A DNA stretch of 52,702 nucleotides from an uncultured bacterium (GTDB lineage Bacteria > JAGOEH01): contig CAZWDO010000014.1 in assembly GCA_964632485.1 (NCBI GenBank), positions 62,001-114,702 on the forward strand, in the 5' to 3' direction. Positions 27,659 to 36,927 of the stretch are shown here, piece after piece; positions within the stretch are counted from its first letter, which is position 1, and each line of letters starts with the position of its first letter. The notes under the pieces are model-generated. The model had not been told where the DNA came from. It ran no database searches and worked only from the letters and a program-made list of their open reading frames with translations. The position numbers were made by a program, and so were the translations under genes.

Positions 27659-28000
27659 GTGATGGAAATACAACCCGGCAATGGACAGAAAATTTCAATT
27701 TATAAAACAAATGAGCCGCCCGAAAAAAAGGAAAAAGCCACTCAGGCCAGAATATCGCGTTCGGCCGTTCCCGGTGATCGGGTCGAAATTTCAGCCAAAG
27801 CCGTTAATGCCTGGCAAAGTAAACAGGATAATGCAAGTTTTTTAAATTTGGCCCAAAATCAACTTGAGACCCCATCCCGCGGAGAATATCTGAACGAAAT
27901 TAAAGAACGTATTCAGAATAAAACCTATGAAAATTCGGATCAGTATCAATCCCTAGCGGCGACTTTTTTGTCGACCTGGAGCGATAATGAGTCAAGCTAA
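27659..28000 (+). CDS. flgM: Anti-sigma28 factor FlgM
   Basis: DRVEISAKA and RGEYLNEIKERIQNKTY motifs; flagellar context. Confidence 0.75.
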   Translation: MMEIQPGNGQKISIYKTNEPPEKKEKATQARISRSAVPGDRVEISAKAVNAWQSKQDNASFLNLAQNQLETPSRGEYLNEIKERIQNKTYENSDQYQSLAATFLSTWSDNESS

Positions 28001-28613
28001 CCGCATTATTCGCTTGTGTAACCGGTGTATTCGACGGGAAAAAGAGAAATACAACGCGACCATTCACAGAGAATGTGTGGAAACTCGGCTGACCCGTTGG
28101 GATTGCAATTATTATTTTTGTAAAATTCAGGATCGCTATCGGATCGGACGCCATACCTATCCGATTGATGTATTGGGTTATAATGAACAGTACACCCATG
28201 AGTCCGTCCAGTTTTCCGGACGCTGCTTCTGGCAAAAAAATACGCCGAGGGAAGGCCATATAGCTATATTGCCTGTATATTTAATCGAATACTCTCCCAA
28301 AGACCGAACTATCAGTATGGTTACCAGTATTCTGACGGACAACCAGTCGGGATCGTTTTCGCTGACAGGGCTTAACAGTCAGGGAGAATATTATTTAGCG
28401 TTTAAAATGGATGATATCAATATTTCTATTTGCCAGCGGCGCGGAGTGGTGACAGGACATGAATGCCAACTCTGTTTTCAAAACCAGGTGAAGAGTACTC
28501 GTGAATTCGCCCATCAGATTCGATGTCGAAAAGCTAACATTATTCAGGAACATTCATTTGAATTCGTTGAATCCCGTCAATTATATCGCAAGATTCATCC
28601 AATTTTTAATTAA
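27987..28613 (+). CDS. Cysteine-rich hypothetical protein
   Basis: 208 aa; CNRC...C...C..C at N-terminus and C-x10-CQLC...C at C-terminus; overlaps the flgM stop. Confidence 0.65.
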   Translation: MSQANRIIRLCNRCIRREKEKYNATIHRECVETRLTRWDCNYYFCKIQDRYRIGRHTYPIDVLGYNEQYTHESVQFSGRCFWQKNTPREGHIAILPVYLIEYSPKDRTISMVTSILTDNQSGSFSLTGLNSQGEYYLAFKMDDINISICQRRGVVTGHECQLCFQNQVKSTREFAHQIRCRKANIIQEHSFEFVESRQLYRKIHPIFN

Positions 28614-28626
28614 AACGAAAAATAAC

Positions 28627-28655
28627 TTGACAATTTTTTTTTGTCATGTTATATT
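28627..28655 (+). promoter_or_regulatory. Sigma70 promoter of che cluster with overlapping TGACAA-N7-TTGTCA inverted repeat
   Basis: TTGACA-17 nt-TATATT with TG extension; inverted repeat 28628-28646. Confidence 0.7.
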
Positions 28656-28682
28656 GTTAAAAAATGAGATTGGAGGCCTCTA

Positions 28683-29174
28683 ATGGAAGAATTAGAGATC
28701 TTAAAACACCAACTGATCAAGGAAGAACATACTAAAGTTGAAACACTGAAACTTGTTTCTTTTAAGATTGGTGAAGAAGAATTCGCGATCGACATTCTTT
28801 TAGTGCAGGAAATCATTAAATTGATGGATATAACCCGCGTACCGCGATCGCCGGGTTATGTGGAAGGCGTCATCAATTTGCGCGGCCGGGTGATTCCGGT
28901 TATCAATATTCGTAAGCGTTTAACCCTGCCCCCGCGCGAGTTTGATAAAGATACCAAAATTGTCGTTATTGATTTGGCAAAAAAAACGCTGGGATTTATT
29001 GTTGATTCCGTTTCGGAAGTGATTGAAATTGAAAAAAGTACCATTGAACCGCCTCCCTCCGTGATGGGGGAAGTGGATTCCCAATTTATTTCCGGCGTGG
29101 GAAAATTGGCGGATCGGCTTCTGGTTCTAATGGATCTTGAGAAAGTATTATCCCGCGATTATCAGAGTGTTTGA
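28683..29174 (+). CDS. cheW: Chemotaxis coupling protein CheW
   Basis: FAIDILLVQEII, VEGVINLRGRVIPV, GFIVDSVSEV. Confidence 0.95.
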   Translation: MEELEILKHQLIKEEHTKVETLKLVSFKIGEEEFAIDILLVQEIIKLMDITRVPRSPGYVEGVINLRGRVIPVINIRKRLTLPPREFDKDTKIVVIDLAKKTLGFIVDSVSEVIEIEKSTIEPPPSVMGEVDSQFISGVGKLADRLLVLMDLEKVLSRDYQSV

Positions 29175-29184
29175 CAGGGGAGCC

Positions 29185-30039
29185 ATGCAACAACTTGCTT
29201 TTCGGCGTGAAGTTCAACTCACGAGTGAAGAATTCAATCTTTTAAGAGATTATATTTATGAACAGACCGGCATACAATTTAGTGATACGAAAATGTACTT
29301 GTTAAATAACCGATTGAACAAACGGTTAATTGAAACCGGTTGCGCAACATATAAAGATTACTATTATTATCTTAAATATGATAATTCAGGCAATGAGTTT
29401 ACCCATTTACTCAATGTCATAACGACCAATGAAACCAGTTTTTTTCGTACTGATTTTCAATTGGAGGCATTTACCAGTTATATTCTGCCAACCCTTGTAG
29501 CAAAAAAAAAAAATACAGGATCCCATCGGATTAATATCTGGAGCGCAGGGTGCAGCACGGGCGAAGAGCCCTATACCCTTGCTATTTTGATGATGGAAAT
29601 GCGACTGCATCAGAGTTACGATATCGAAATATTCGCCAATGATATTAGTGATCGAGTATTAAGCACTGCTCGCGAAGGTATCTATAATCGACTATCGCTG
29701 AGGAATGCGTCCGAAGAAATTATCCAACGTTATTTTAATGCATTACCCAATAATCAGTTTCAAATAAAGAGCGAGGTTAAGCGACTGATTAAGTTTCAAT
29801 TCGGCAATCTGAGCAAACCCATTACATTACTGCTGGCTCGCGACCGAGATATGATTTTCTGCCGCAATGTGATGATTTATTTCGGCCAGGATGCTCGAAT
29901 TAAAACGGTCAAAATGTTTCATGACAAGCTGGCGCAGGAAGGATTTCTGATTATCGGCCATTCTGAAACGTTGCATGGCATTAGTACTGCATATAAAATC
30001 GTTCACCATGAAAAAGCGATTTTTTATCAAAAAACATAA
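29185..30039 (+). CDS. cheR: Chemotaxis methyltransferase CheR
   Basis: TTNETSFFR, IWSAGCSTGEEPYT, IFCRNVMIYF, GHSE; ATG 29185 preceded by AGGGGAG. Confidence 0.95.
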   Translation: MQQLAFRREVQLTSEEFNLLRDYIYEQTGIQFSDTKMYLLNNRLNKRLIETGCATYKDYYYYLKYDNSGNEFTHLLNVITTNETSFFRTDFQLEAFTSYILPTLVAKKKNTGSHRINIWSAGCSTGEEPYTLAILMMEMRLHQSYDIEIFANDISDRVLSTAREGIYNRLSLRNASEEIIQRYFNALPNNQFQIKSEVKRLIKFQFGNLSKPITLLLARDRDMIFCRNVMIYFGQDARIKTVKMFHDKLAQEGFLIIGHSETLHGISTAYKIVHHEKAIFYQKT

Positions 30040-30051
30040 GTGGTAGGAATT

Positions 30052-30429
30052 ATGAGTAAACGAATTTTATTTGTTGATGATTCGGAGACGATTCGAAAAT
30101 TCATCTCGTTTGGTTTGAGAATGAGAGGATTTCAGCTTTTTTTAGCCAGTGACGGGCAGGAAGCTTTGGAAAAACTGGCGCAAAACGAAGTCGAACTGAT
30201 CATAACCGATCTGAATATGCCGAATATGGACGGATTTGAATTGATCACTAATTTGCGCCAGGATAGTGTGTACAAGCATATTCCCATTATTGTCCTAACA
30301 ACGGAAAGTCAACAGGAGGAACGAATCCGCGCGATAAATTCAGGCGCTAATTCATATCTGATCAAGCCTTTTAAAATCGATGTCATTGTTCAAGAAATAG
30401 AAAATTTGTTAGCAACGATCATTAAATAA
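30052..30429 (+). CDS. cheY: CheY-like single-domain response regulator
   Basis: ILFVDDS, ITDLNMPNMDG, LTTE, YLIKPF. Confidence 0.85.
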   Translation: MSKRILFVDDSETIRKFISFGLRMRGFQLFLASDGQEALEKLAQNEVELIITDLNMPNMDGFELITNLRQDSVYKHIPIIVLTTESQQEERIRAINSGANSYLIKPFKIDVIVQEIENLLATIIK

Positions 30430-30441
30430 GGAGGATTCTCT

Positions 30442-30813
30442 ATGGCTCAACTCAGAATTTTGGCGGTCGATGATTCAGCTACCATGCGCAGAATTATCGT
30501 TAATACATTAAAACGGGCCGGATTCGAAGATGTTGTTGAGGCAACCGATGGTAAAGATGCGTTGGCTAAATTGGCCAGTGAAAGCGTTAATTTTATAATA
30601 ACTGACTGGAATATGCCTGAAATGGACGGACTCAGCTTTGTAAAAACCGTCCGTTCGGACCCCGCCCTTAAAGATATTCCCATTTTAATGGTTACGACCC
30701 GCAGTGTTAAAGACGATATCATTGAAGCGATGAAAGCCGGTGTTAATAATTATATTGTGAAACCTTTTACACCGCAAACGTTAAAAGAAAAAATCGATAA
30801 AATTATGGCCTGA
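30442..30813 (+). CDS. cheY: Chemotaxis response regulator CheY
   Basis: VDDSATMRRI, ITDWNMPEMDG, MVTT, YIVKPFT. Confidence 0.92.
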   Translation: MAQLRILAVDDSATMRRIIVNTLKRAGFEDVVEATDGKDALAKLASESVNFIITDWNMPEMDGLSFVKTVRSDPALKDIPILMVTTRSVKDDIIEAMKAGVNNYIVKPFTPQTLKEKIDKIMA

Positions 30814-30826
30814 TAACGGATAATCC

Positions 30827-32272
30827 ATGAATGATAATCAGAATGTTTGCCTCGACAACCAACAGGGTTTTGAGATTAAAAATAATAAATTCTGTTTACA
30901 CCTCAATGAAGATAAGAGTGAAGCCACATTAACGGTTTATGATATCGGTCGTCTGATTACTGTTCAGGATGCGCTTGCATTTTTAAAAAGCAATGAAATT
31001 CTTGAGTTTGATAAAAAAACCATCGATGAGATTTTTTCACAGAAAAAATTTAATCAACCCATCCTGATTGCCAGAGGAATCCTTGTTCAAAATGGTTTGG
31101 ATTCACGTATCGAAGTCCTGGCTGATCTTGTATCTCATATTAACCCGGAAATTAATGATGACGGAACTGTTGATTTTAAAAATATCCGATCAATACCCAC
31201 CGTTAAAAAAGGTGTGGTAGTTGCCAGAAAAATCCCGCCCACTACCGGGGTTGACGGAGTGGACGTTTATGGAAAAACAATTAGAGCCTATCATGGCAAA
31301 TCCCTGATCCCGCCATTAGGGACGAATGTGGCTTTTAGCCTTGATGATCCTAATTCGGTGATTGCTGAAAAATCAGGGCACATATTGCTCAATGAAGATG
31401 GACTGCTGGAAATTCGCGATATACTGATCGTCGATGGCGATGTCGATTATTCGACGGGGAATATCGATTTTGATGGCACCGTCATCATTCATGGTGATGT
31501 GAAGACAAATTTTAAAGTCAAGGCCGATGGGAATATCGAAATTGAAGGATCAGTTGAAGATTCTGAAATCATATCGACCAAATCAGTCATTGTCAAAGGC
31601 GGTTTTATCGGTAAAGGCCATGGGCTTATTAAAAGCGATGAAGATGTTACAATTCATCATGTCAATAACCAGCGTATCGAGGCGTTAGGAGACATAATTA
31701 TTGGTGAGGAAGCCTTGAATGCAGAGTTGCAAGCCGGGCACGACCTCAAAATTTTGGGGAAAAAAGGCGCCATCATCGGTGGAAATACTTACGCCGTCAA
31801 TAAAATCGAAACACGGATCGCCGGAGTGGAAAGTGGCGTTATCACCGTTTTGTCCGCCGGGGTTAACAAAGAAATGATGTTGCGGATTCGAGAGCTTGAA
31901 GGGTTGATTGAAAAGAATGAAGAAAATCTGAAGAAAATAAAGCAAAATGTCTATAACTTGTTTCGGATAAAGTTAGATAAAAAGACCTTGCCGTCTGATA
32001 AGGAATTGTTACTCGAGCATCTTAAAAAGGCGCAGGTAAACCTGCCGGCGCAAATTGAACGGATGAAGGCCGAATTAAATCAATTGATGAAAGATAAAGA
32101 AAAATACAGGTATTCTGCCCTCGAAGTGATCGATACGGTTCATGCTAAAACCCGGGTCGTAATGGGCGAGGATACCTTAGAACTTAAGGAAACGTTTCAT
32201 TGCGCGGTTTTTTTAGCGGAAAAAGGCAGTGTGTCCATGTTTATTAAAGGAAAGCGGGTTAAATTTACGTAA
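30827..32272 (+). CDS. Flagellar assembly protein FapA (DUF342)
   Basis: DGTVDFK, GVDGVDVYG, VDGDVDYSTGNIDFDG, beta-helix, IIGG and C-terminal coiled coil. Confidence 0.9.
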   Translation: MNDNQNVCLDNQQGFEIKNNKFCLHLNEDKSEATLTVYDIGRLITVQDALAFLKSNEILEFDKKTIDEIFSQKKFNQPILIARGILVQNGLDSRIEVLADLVSHINPEINDDGTVDFKNIRSIPTVKKGVVVARKIPPTTGVDGVDVYGKTIRAYHGKSLIPPLGTNVAFSLDDPNSVIAEKSGHILLNEDGLLEIRDILIVDGDVDYSTGNIDFDGTVIIHGDVKTNFKVKADGNIEIEGSVEDSEIISTKSVIVKGGFIGKGHGLIKSDEDVTIHHVNNQRIEALGDIIIGEEALNAELQAGHDLKILGKKGAIIGGNTYAVNKIETRIAGVESGVITVLSAGVNKEMMLRIRELEGLIEKNEENLKKIKQNVYNLFRIKLDKKTLPSDKELLLEHLKKAQVNLPAQIERMKAELNQLMKDKEKYRYSALEVIDTVHAKTRVVMGEDTLELKETFHCAVFLAEKGSVSMFIKGKRVKFT

Positions 32273-33348
32273 TGGCGATCCAGGTGCTGGTTGTGGATGA
32301 TTCTCCTTTTATTCGTAAGGCTATTGTAAAAATGCTGCAGACCGAAGCCGATATTCATGTGGTGGGTGAAGCGACTAATGGTCGCGAGGCTGTTGAGAAA
32401 GTAAAATCTCTGAAACCGGATGTTGTTACCATGGATGTTGAAATGCCCGTGATGGATGGAATCAGCGCGCTGAAAGAGATTATGAGGGATTCCCCGACGC
32501 CGGTTATTATGGTGAGTTCATTGACGGAAAATGGCGCTAAAACCACTCTTGAAGCTTTAAAATTCGGAGCGATCGATTATCTACCCAAGGATATCACGAA
32601 TTCCTCACTCTCTATTATGAACAAGCGGATAGAAATCATCGCTAAAATCCGCTCGGCCGTAACCGCGAAACGGCGATTGCGTTCCCGTTCTGATTCCGAT
32701 ATAAATGTTATTCAGGTCGTGCATACGCGCGTACGTTCCCAGGTAGAACACCAGGAGCGCTTGACCTATCGAATTCTCGCAATTGGTACCTCTACCGGAG
32801 GTCCCCCAGCATTGGAACGCGTGATTACCCGTTTGCCGGCTGATTTCCCCATCCCGGTTCTTATTGTTCAACACATGCCCCCGGTTTTTACCCGTTCGTT
32901 AGCTGAACGATTGGATTCATTATCGCAAATTCGTGTTAAGGAAGCGGAAGAAGGGGAAACCATTCAGCCCGGCAAAGCCTATATCGCTCCTGGAAATCAG
33001 CACATGAGTCTCCGTCGGTTGAGCGATCTCTTTACCGTACGACTGAGCCAGGAACCCGCCGCGTTGATCAACCGCCCCTCCGTTGATGTGATGATGGACA
33101 GTTGCGCCGACTATTTTAATAAAGATCTTCTCGGAGTGATTATGACCGGTATGGGCCACGATGGGTTGACGGCTTGCCGTCGAATCCGTAAACAACAAGG
33201 CACGCTGATTGCTCAGAATGAAGATACTTGTGTCGTTTTCGGTATGCCCGGTTCAATTGTGCGGGAAAATCTACCTCAATGGGTTTTACCTTTGGATGAT
33301 ATCGCCCCTAAGATAGTCGAGTTGGTTTATGGTGAAGGCAAAAATTAA
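32272..33348 (+). CDS. cheB: Chemotaxis methylesterase CheB
   Basis: Receiver domain; IGTSTGGP, VQHMP, RPSVD, MTGMGHDG. Confidence 0.96.
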   Translation: MAIQVLVVDDSPFIRKAIVKMLQTEADIHVVGEATNGREAVEKVKSLKPDVVTMDVEMPVMDGISALKEIMRDSPTPVIMVSSLTENGAKTTLEALKFGAIDYLPKDITNSSLSIMNKRIEIIAKIRSAVTAKRRLRSRSDSDINVIQVVHTRVRSQVEHQERLTYRILAIGTSTGGPPALERVITRLPADFPIPVLIVQHMPPVFTRSLAERLDSLSQIRVKEAEEGETIQPGKAYIAPGNQHMSLRRLSDLFTVRLSQEPAALINRPSVDVMMDSCADYFNKDLLGVIMTGMGHDGLTACRRIRKQQGTLIAQNEDTCVVFGMPGSIVRENLPQWVLPLDDIAPKIVELVYGEGKN

Positions 33349-35176
33349 ACCGACGCTTCTTTTTTTTTTGACCCTTTTCGCTTATGCAACGATTTCCGCT
33401 CAAGACCCTAAATCCGATACGACCCGTTACAATCCTGCATCAAATGTCATCAGTTCAATCAATATTGGGTACCATAATACATTCTCAAGAGTCGTACTTA
33501 ATATTAAAGATGCTTTTTTTTATGAAATTGAAGAGGATAAAGACCGACAGCGTCTGGTTGTTATGGTCTATAATACCGTTATCGGCCAGCCCAGCCTGAT
33601 TTCCAAAGATAAAACGCCCTTTATTAAAGAAGTTGTGGCCCGTGAAATAAGTAAACGGCATACCCAGATTATTATCCGCATTGATTCTCCCAATTTTACC
33701 TATAAGTATTCCACTCTTTTGCGCCCCTATCGTTTGGTCATTGATATCTATCCGCAAACCGCTCCGTCTAAATCCGGGAGTAACTATGACAAACTGCTTG
33801 AGGAGGGTATCCGCTTATATAATCAGCAAAAATATGATGAAGCGCTGGCAAAATTTCGTGTGGCAGCGATGGAAGGAAACTTGACGGCCGCTTATTACTA
33901 TGCTGGTTTGATTCGTTTTAAACAAAAACAATATCCCCAGGCTATTTATAATTTTAGCTTAGCCTTGCATAAAGAAAAGGAATTTAGTGACGCTTATCAA
34001 TATCTTTCCCGTATTGAAGAAGAAAAACGCGATTATAAAAAAGCGATTGAGTATCTGGACTTATATTTTAAAAATTCTCGCGACAGTGTTTCGTTTACTG
34101 AGTTGAAAACCCACCGGCAGTACTTGCAGGATATTGTGGACCGACTGATTAAAACAGACACCCAGGCCATTGTTGATACCTCTCTGGACAGCGCCCAGAT
34201 CGCCATGCAGCAGGCTCAGATCGATACTTTTTTTTTGGATTATGGAGTAAAACTCAGTTTCAATGAGGAAACTGCCCAGAAATGGATGACCTATGCCAAT
34301 TCGCATATTGAAAATCAAAACTACGACAAAGCGATTCGCACCCTCGCCGCCCTTCTTAAACTTTACCCTCAATCGGTTTTCTCCAGCGATGCGCGCTTCC
34401 TACTGGCAAAACTCTATTTTTCCCTGCATCTTTATCCCCAATCAGAGGATTATACCCGCGCCCTTTACGACCAAAATTTGTTGCCTGAACTAAAAAACCA
34501 GATTTTATATATGCGCGCGATCAGCCTTTATCACCTGAAACGTCCGCTGGATGCCGAAAAATTAATAAAGGAATTTATTCAAACTTACCCGGACGATGAA
34601 CGGCTTTATCGGCTTTATCGCTATCAGGCCGCGCTTTATGAAGGGAAAAACAATCCCATACTACGTGATGAAGCCTATCAGATGGCCTTGAGGTTGGTCC
34701 CCGACCAGGAAGAAGCGCTGGATCTGTATCGTGAACTTTTAGATCTTTTTCTGAATAAAAAAGAGTATTCCAAAGCCCAAATTTATTGTCAGGCCATTAT
34801 CAATCTGTTCGATACTTCTAAGGATCCATTATTATTAAATAATCGTCATATTGAGTATGCCTTCATGATTCATGGCGATATTGCCTTTCAACTGGAAAAT
34901 TGGGAAGCTGCCAGTAACCGTTATTCAAAAGTGATTGAACTTTACCTGCGAGAATATCCGGAAAAGCTTGACTGGCCCTATTTTCAACTGGGGAACCTGG
35001 CCAAACGGAACCGGGACTACACCCAGGCCCGATCCTATTATCAGACGGTCCTCGAACGATATCCCAACTCAATCTGGCGTCCTCAGGCAGAATACCAGCT
35101 TTCCGATCTGGATTGGCTTGAAAAAATTGAACCCAAGCTTGAAGAATTGCGACGGGAGGAAGATGGATCACACTGA
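33329..35176 (+). CDS. Exported AMIN-like + TPR protein
   Basis: Signal peptide; FSRVVL..PYRLVIDI (AMIN-like); multiple TPRs with YP turns. Confidence 0.8.
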   Translation: MVKAKIKPTLLFFLTLFAYATISAQDPKSDTTRYNPASNVISSINIGYHNTFSRVVLNIKDAFFYEIEEDKDRQRLVVMVYNTVIGQPSLISKDKTPFIKEVVAREISKRHTQIIIRIDSPNFTYKYSTLLRPYRLVIDIYPQTAPSKSGSNYDKLLEEGIRLYNQQKYDEALAKFRVAAMEGNLTAAYYYAGLIRFKQKQYPQAIYNFSLALHKEKEFSDAYQYLSRIEEEKRDYKKAIEYLDLYFKNSRDSVSFTELKTHRQYLQDIVDRLIKTDTQAIVDTSLDSAQIAMQQAQIDTFFLDYGVKLSFNEETAQKWMTYANSHIENQNYDKAIRTLAALLKLYPQSVFSSDARFLLAKLYFSLHLYPQSEDYTRALYDQNLLPELKNQILYMRAISLYHLKRPLDAEKLIKEFIQTYPDDERLYRLYRYQAALYEGKNNPILRDEAYQMALRLVPDQEEALDLYRELLDLFLNKKEYSKAQIYCQAIINLFDTSKDPLLLNNRHIEYAFMIHGDIAFQLENWEAASNRYSKVIELYLREYPEKLDWPYFQLGNLAKRNRDYTQARSYYQTVLERYPNSIWRPQAEYQLSDLDWLEKIEPKLEELRREEDGSH

Positions 35177-35600
35177 GAAGTTGAATCGTCTGATAGGAGT
35201 CTACCGGAATGAGTTGGAAATCTATGATGCCATCTTTTCCATTGCCGGACAGTTCGAAGACGATTGGCGGGAAAATCCTTCCAATTCAGTGATTTCTGAT
35301 TATCTGTCAAAACGGCTTGCTCTGGATTTTAAATTGGCCGAGCAGGAAGAAAGCATCCGCGTTGAAAAAGAGTGGTGGATGACGGCTAAACAGCTTCTTG
35401 ACGAAAATGACGCCACCGTCTCCCGCCTGAAACGGGTTCTGTCCCATGTGAAGGATAAACTAACGCAAATGCTGGCCCTGGAGGATCGTATTACCTCCTT
35501 GCTCCAAACCCGTGGCGTTCCTTTACGGCCAACCCTTCCTCAAACAGAAATGATTAATCAGAAAAAAGCCTCTCAACTCTATAAAAAATATCAAAAGTAA
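35163..35600 (+). CDS. FlgN/FliT-like helical protein
   Basis: Start MDHTEK at 35163 (RBS GGAGG); helical; C-terminal ASQLYKK; flagellar context. Confidence 0.55.
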   Translation: MDHTEKLNRLIGVYRNELEIYDAIFSIAGQFEDDWRENPSNSVISDYLSKRLALDFKLAEQEESIRVEKEWWMTAKQLLDENDATVSRLKRVLSHVKDKLTQMLALEDRITSLLQTRGVPLRPTLPQTEMINQKKASQLYKKYQK

Positions 35601-35603
35601 ATA

Positions 35604-36908
35604 ATGACGACAAATAACAATTTTGATCCCCAAAAAACATATATAGAAACCTTAACCAAAGCCTTTGAGGAATTCAATACCAATACGACTCTGCTTACAA
35701 AATCTTATGATGATTTGCAACAACAGGTTAAGGAAATTAATTTTCAACTTGAAGAAAAAAACCGGGAATTGGAGCAGAGTCTCAACGAAACCGATCGGGT
35801 GAGAAATTATTTAAATAATATTTTGGAAAGTATGAACAGCGGGGTAGTTGCCATTGATTTGAATGGCCGTATCACGATTTTCAATCAGGCGGCGGAAGAG
35901 ATCACCGGCTGGAAGGCCGATCAACTGATCGACCGATTTTACAGTGATTATTTAGGCAGGGAGGTTCCTTACCAATTAACGCTTAATTATACATTACTCG
36001 CCGGTCAGAATATCATCAATAAAGAAAAAGAGATACAAACCTCACGGGGAGGTATGATTCCCATCGGTTTCTCGACTGGATACATTACCGATCGCAAAGG
36101 CGCGATTCTGGGCGCGGTGGAAATTTTTCGCGATCTGACTGAATTCAAGAAATTGGAAGATGAAATTATCAAGAAAAGCACTTTGGCGGGGTTGGGCGAA
36201 ATGGCTGCGACCGTGGCGCATGAAATCCGCAATCCTTTGGGAGGGATTGCCGGATTCGCCAATCTGTTATCCCGGGATATTCCACAGGATGACCCCAAAT
36301 TCAGGCTGGTGCAAAAAATAAGCCAGGGCGTGGAAAGCTTGAATAAAATTGTTAGTAATCTTTTAGCTTTTACCCGTGAATTCCGGCCTCAGTTTCAAAT
36401 GATCAACCTGATGCCATTAATCCAACATGCCCAGGGGATGATTCAATCCGAAATTAATGAGCGCGGCTTGAGCATTCCCGTTCAACTGGAGGGCGGAAAA
36501 GATGATTTTGAGTTAAAGGCCGATAAAGATTTGTTACTCCAGGCAATTTATAATATATTGTATAATTCTGTTGATGCCATTGCCTGCCATAGTGTTCAGG
36601 GAACTATTGAAATAGTGTTGGAACGAGAACCTATCGTGGAGGCGCAAAAGCAACGCTGGGAATATATTACTAAAACACCGGCAAGTATGTCACGCCGAAT
36701 TTTAGTGCATATCCGCGATACCGGATGCGGGATTGATTCTCGGCAGATGGACAAAATTTTTAATCCTTTTTTTACGACTAAGGAAAATGGGACCGGTTTG
36801 GGCCTGGCCATCGTAAAAAAAATTATAATATTGCACAAAGGAAATGTAACAGTGGAATCCAGCCTCGCCGAAGGTACAACCATCACCCTGATTCTGCCGG
36901 GATTATGA
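35604..36908 (+). CDS. PAS sensor histidine kinase (FlgS/FleS-like)
   Basis: Coiled coil, PAS, AHEIRNPLGG, RDTGCGI, FFTTKENGTGLGL. Confidence 0.92.
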   Translation: MTTNNNFDPQKTYIETLTKAFEEFNTNTTLLTKSYDDLQQQVKEINFQLEEKNRELEQSLNETDRVRNYLNNILESMNSGVVAIDLNGRITIFNQAAEEITGWKADQLIDRFYSDYLGREVPYQLTLNYTLLAGQNIINKEKEIQTSRGGMIPIGFSTGYITDRKGAILGAVEIFRDLTEFKKLEDEIIKKSTLAGLGEMAATVAHEIRNPLGGIAGFANLLSRDIPQDDPKFRLVQKISQGVESLNKIVSNLLAFTREFRPQFQMINLMPLIQHAQGMIQSEINERGLSIPVQLEGGKDDFELKADKDLLLQAIYNILYNSVDAIACHSVQGTIEIVLEREPIVEAQKQRWEYITKTPASMSRRILVHIRDTGCGIDSRQMDKIFNPFFTTKENGTGLGLAIVKKIIILHKGNVTVESSLAEGTTITLILPGL

Positions 36909-36927
36909 TTCATATAAGGAGAACTTC

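Noticed and set aside
34935..35162. Long N-terminal part of the 221-aa ORF
   Set aside because: Overlaps the TPR gene out of frame; ATG 35163 has an RBS
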